Positions 60,495 through 64,000 of a stretch of DNA of 64,000 bases are shown piece after piece (within the stretch, counting starts at the first letter, position 1; every line of letters begins with the position of its first letter). Under the pieces are notes generated by a model that worked only from the letters and a program-made list of their open reading frames with translations, was not told where the DNA came from and searched no databases. Both the position numbers and the translations under genes were made by a program. The DNA is taken from NCBI GenBank assembly GCA_964187785.1, contig OZ076413.1:59768001-59832000 (forward strand). The letters run 5' to 3'. This DNA comes from Amphiscolops sp. MND2022 (Eukaryota).

Positions 60495-60880
60495 TGTATA
60501 AAATCCTTGGTTCTCGATAACTAAGGTTCAAATACAAAGACTAACAGAATGATATTTATTGAACTTGCATCAAAATAATTTGAATATTTGTAGAATATTG
60601 GAGATTAAAATAACAATGAATTGAATGAGAAAATTATCATTGCCAAAACGAAAACTTGATCACACAAACATGAGAATATGAGTCACTTTTTAATCTGAAT
60701 TGCAAGGCTTTTTCGAGAGTATTCTTACCGAAATCGGAGAAATATTTCCAAAATATAAAATATTTTACATGTCCGGGAGTCGAACCCGAGACCTTATGAC
60801 CGGAAGGCTAACGCGCATCCTCTATGCTATAGCGCCTTATTCTTTGTTTATTTTAAAGTAACGATATTGCTACCGCAACA
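60495..60880 (-). repeat. Putative 3' LTR of the BEL/Pao element
   Basis: On the minus strand GGGCCCGGAGGA (PPT-like, 60892-60881) precedes TGTTGCGG. AATAAA at 60560-60555. Candidate end ...TTATACA at 60495, where the LINE frame stops. Confidence 0.6.
60772..60836 (-). other. tRNA-derived sequence (SINE head or pseudo-tRNA) inside the BEL LTR
   Basis: GGCGCTATAGCATAGAGGATGCGCG...CTTCCGG...CGGGTTCGACTCCCGG has an A-box, a B-box and a paired T-arm; the acceptor stem does not pair. Confidence 0.7.
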
Positions 60881-61031
60881 TCCTCCGGGCCCATGAAGAT
60901 GAATGTTTGATAGTGCAAAAAAAATTTTTTTAATGTTTTGTGAAACATGTTTTTGCATGAACATTCTCTTTTTTTCATACATGTTGATACATGAAGCATA
61001 AATGAAGGAAGTGGAGGAAACAGAACATTGT

Positions 61032-64000
61032 TTATTCGGGAAGGTAAAGGACGGGAGCGAGTTTAATCACTGGGCGTATATGGTTACCAGATACTGTTCT
61101 GACTTCAGCGGACCTGGCGACGGCGTCTGTGCCGAAGTTAAGCCGTACGACACGAGCTAATGGAGAGTGCCCTCTAGGTGATGTCGGTTCAACAATCCAC
61201 ACGAGATCTCCGGTCTTAAGATCTCTGTTTGGGTGCGATGACCACTTCGAACGGCGGTTCAGAGTGGGAACGTATTCTCTTAACCACCTGTTCCATATTG
61301 TATCGGAATAAGCTTGCGCTCGAGCGTAACGCTTGCGATGGTCGATGTCTGCTTGCTGATGCGAAGGCAGTACTGAACTTGAAGTTCCATGTTGAAAATG
61401 ATTTGGAGTTAAGGCGTCCAAATCGGTTGCAACTGCACTAGCAGGTACTAACGGTCGTGCATTCAAACTTTGTTCCACGAGGCAGAACGTAGTTGCAAGG
61501 ATTTCGTCTGTCAGACGTCTATTTCCGATGACAGCGTAGAACACGTGCTTGAAACTACGTACTAAACGTTCCCATACACCTCCATGATGCGGAGCACTGG
61601 GTGGGTTAAATTTCCACTGGATTACTTTCTTGACAAGTGATTCAGTGAGGACTTGTTGATTCCACTTTCTGACGTTCTGTAACAGTTCTTTGTCACTTGC
61701 AACAAAGTTGGTGCCGTTGTCGGACCAGAGAACTGACGGAGTGCCTCGTCGGGCAGCAAATCGTTCAATTCCCATCACACAACTACTAGAGTCCATTGAC
61801 GGCACAACTTCAAAATGGACGGCTCGAGTAGTCAGGCAAGTGAAAAGGAATCCCCAGCGTTTCTCAGTAGAACGTTTCACGGACACGTAGAAGGGACCAA
61901 AGTAGTCGATTCCTGTGTTGCGGAATGGAGGTTCTCTGTATGCAAGTCTTTCCCGGGGAAGATCGGACATCATGGGAGTTAACGTCTCAGCCTTGCGCTT
62001 ACGACAGGTGATGCACCTGGATACAATTGATCTCAAGGTTGGTCTCAATTTGACGATTGCGTATTGTTGCTGGATCAAAGCCCTCAAGTATTCAACACCC
62101 TGGTGGCATTGATTAATATGAAAGTTCTCAAGGAACAACCGAACTAAGGGATGACGGCTATCTAGTAGAATTGGGTGTTTCATGTCAAATGAAGCAACAT
62201 CTAGCTGTTTTGTTCGACCAGAAGCTCGCAGGAAACCATTAGGTCCAATGAAAGGGGATAATTCAACAATTTTAGAAGACTTGCTGAGGGGGAGCGACTT
62301 CAACAAGCATTTCTTTTCAGTGTTAAAAGACTCGAGTTGTACCAGAGGGAACAATCTCTGTTGGGCATTGTCGAGTTCAGTTGGATCTGTAATAAATCCA
62401 GTGTCAGTGCGCTTGGATTCGTTCTTGGGAAGGAGTCGCAACATGTAAGCCACAATGCGCAGAAGTTTATCATAAGAACTGTACTTCTCCCACTCGAAAG
62501 TTGTCGCAATTTCGGTTGCTGTTGCAGAATATGAAGTAGACTGATATTCATTGGTTTCGATAACTTCAGTGGAATGAGCGCCTTTGTTAAGCTTTACTTT
62601 CTGACGAAATTCTTCTGGGGGTTTGAACGGGAAGTCGGATGTTTTTAGAAAGTCCGGTCCTGTCAGCCAACAACTGTTCAAAAGATCAGTTGCAGACATT
62701 CCACGTGTGCCCGCATCAGCCGGGTTGTGAGCTGTAGGGACGTAGTGCCACTCATCAACAGTTGTTAAGTCTAGAATTTCGCATACTCGGTTAGCAACAA
62801 AGGTGGGTTGCTTTTCTAAAGAAGTTAACCACTGAAGCACAGTTGAACTATCGCTTCACATGAAAGTTCTGTCTATCTTCAAAGACAGTGCACGGAGGAC
62901 CTCTGCGCGAAGTCGTGCTGCAAGTAATGCGGCTTGTAGCTCCAACTTTGGAATAGTTAGTGCCTTCATAGGAGCCATTCTTGCTTTTCCAAAGACGAAA
63001 GCTAGCTGCGTCACAACACCGTGGTCGTTTATTAGTTTTCCGCGCAAGAAAGCGATTGCGCTGAAAGCATCTTGTGAGCTATCACCAAACATGTGCAGCT
63101 TACTTGTTTCAACCGTTTGACAGAAGTATCTTCTTGGTATGGTAATTTCATTCAAAGTTGACAACTCTTTGCTCCATTCCAAGAACTTTGTTACAAAATC
63201 GTCTGGCAAGTTGTCGTCCCACTGCTGGCCACTGAGCCTCCAAATGTCTTTCAAAAGCAGGCGCGCTTTGATGGTGAACGGCGCAACGAGACCAATTGGG
63301 TCGTATACAGCGGATACCAAACTCAGAACAACCCTTTGAGTGACATTTCGGTCGGTGTTTGGACTTGTTCCTCTGCTAACAACTAATGTGTCTGTTGAGT
63401 GATTCCATTTCAGTCCAAGAACGTGTGAGAATTTCTCTGCAGTTGGAAGTTCTTTCTCTTCCGTGGTTCTGTTGTCGCTGCTCGGATCCACTTCGATGGG
63501 GATGCTTGGTACATTAGACACAAACTTTGTCAGTTTAAACCCTCCCAAAGCAAGCATTTTAACAAGATCCTTCGCTTTGTTCGAGGCTTCGATAGCTGTT
63601 GGACTTGATTCGAGGTAATCGTCCATATAAAAGTTGTTGTGAACGCTTCGTGCTGCATCTGGGAAGTTGGCTTGGTTATCTGTGGCAGTTCGTTTCAGTG
63701 CGTAGTTAGCGCATGTTGGCGAATCTTTAGAGCCGAAAATGTGTCGAACATACTCAAAAACAGCAACTTCAGCAGCTGGGTGCTCCCGTCACAAAAATCG
63801 AAGTGATGGTCTGTCATGTGGGATAACTCCAACTTGGAGAAACATTCCTTCGATGTCCGCAGATACAGCAAAAGGATATTGACTGAAACGGAAAAGATTG
63901 TGAATTAAGCTCTGCAGCAAATCTGGTCCTGCTAGAAGAGCACTGTTCAAGGACTGACCATGAAATTTTGCGGCTCCATTAAGAATCCTACGGACTTTGC
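61032..64000 (-). mobile_element. pol: BEL/Pao retrotransposon pol (RT-RNaseH-INT), cut by the window end; one premature stop at 62856-62858
   Basis: FYMDDYL; Pao-type LHMFGDSSQDAF and TIPKLELQAA; INT H..QCHQG..CITC, GIDYFGP, WSDNGTNF, GVWERLVRS. ORFs 62856-63626 and 61032-62840 share one frame. Confidence 0.95.

Overview
Eukaryotic (metazoan-type), AT-rich, transposon-dominated window with one 128-N gap (17786-17913). I found no intact host gene, rRNA or CRISPR array. Two large, distantly related Ty3/Gypsy LTR retrotransposons dominate. Element A spans 1-14979, is cut by the window start and has a tandemly duplicated gag. Element B spans 44442-60214 and is complete: ~2.25-kb LTRs, TG...CA termini, CGAGC target-site duplication, inserted in a CR1/L2 LINE. 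Both share an unusual plan. (1) An ORF starts hundreds of bases inside the LTR and reads in frame through the primer-binding site (read as M-V-T-G) into gag. (2) gag-pol follows. (3) A homologous antisense, intron-containing cargo gene lies downstream of pol, with a BED-like zinc finger and a degenerate hAT-transposase-like body. (4) A divergent sense orphan ORF with a SUMO-interaction-like motif precedes the 3' LTR. Element A also has phased 33-bp ATRCGG arrays in both its LTR and the cargo intergenic region. Other content: Gypsy relics of further families, Helentron/HINE-like repeats, CR1/L2 RT fragments, a frameshifted KDM2/7-like JmjC pseudogene with tandemly duplicated exon-intron cassettes, and a near-intact BEL/Pao pol whose 3' LTR contains a tRNA-like sequence. 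All protein similarities are by-eye motif comparisons; no database search was run.
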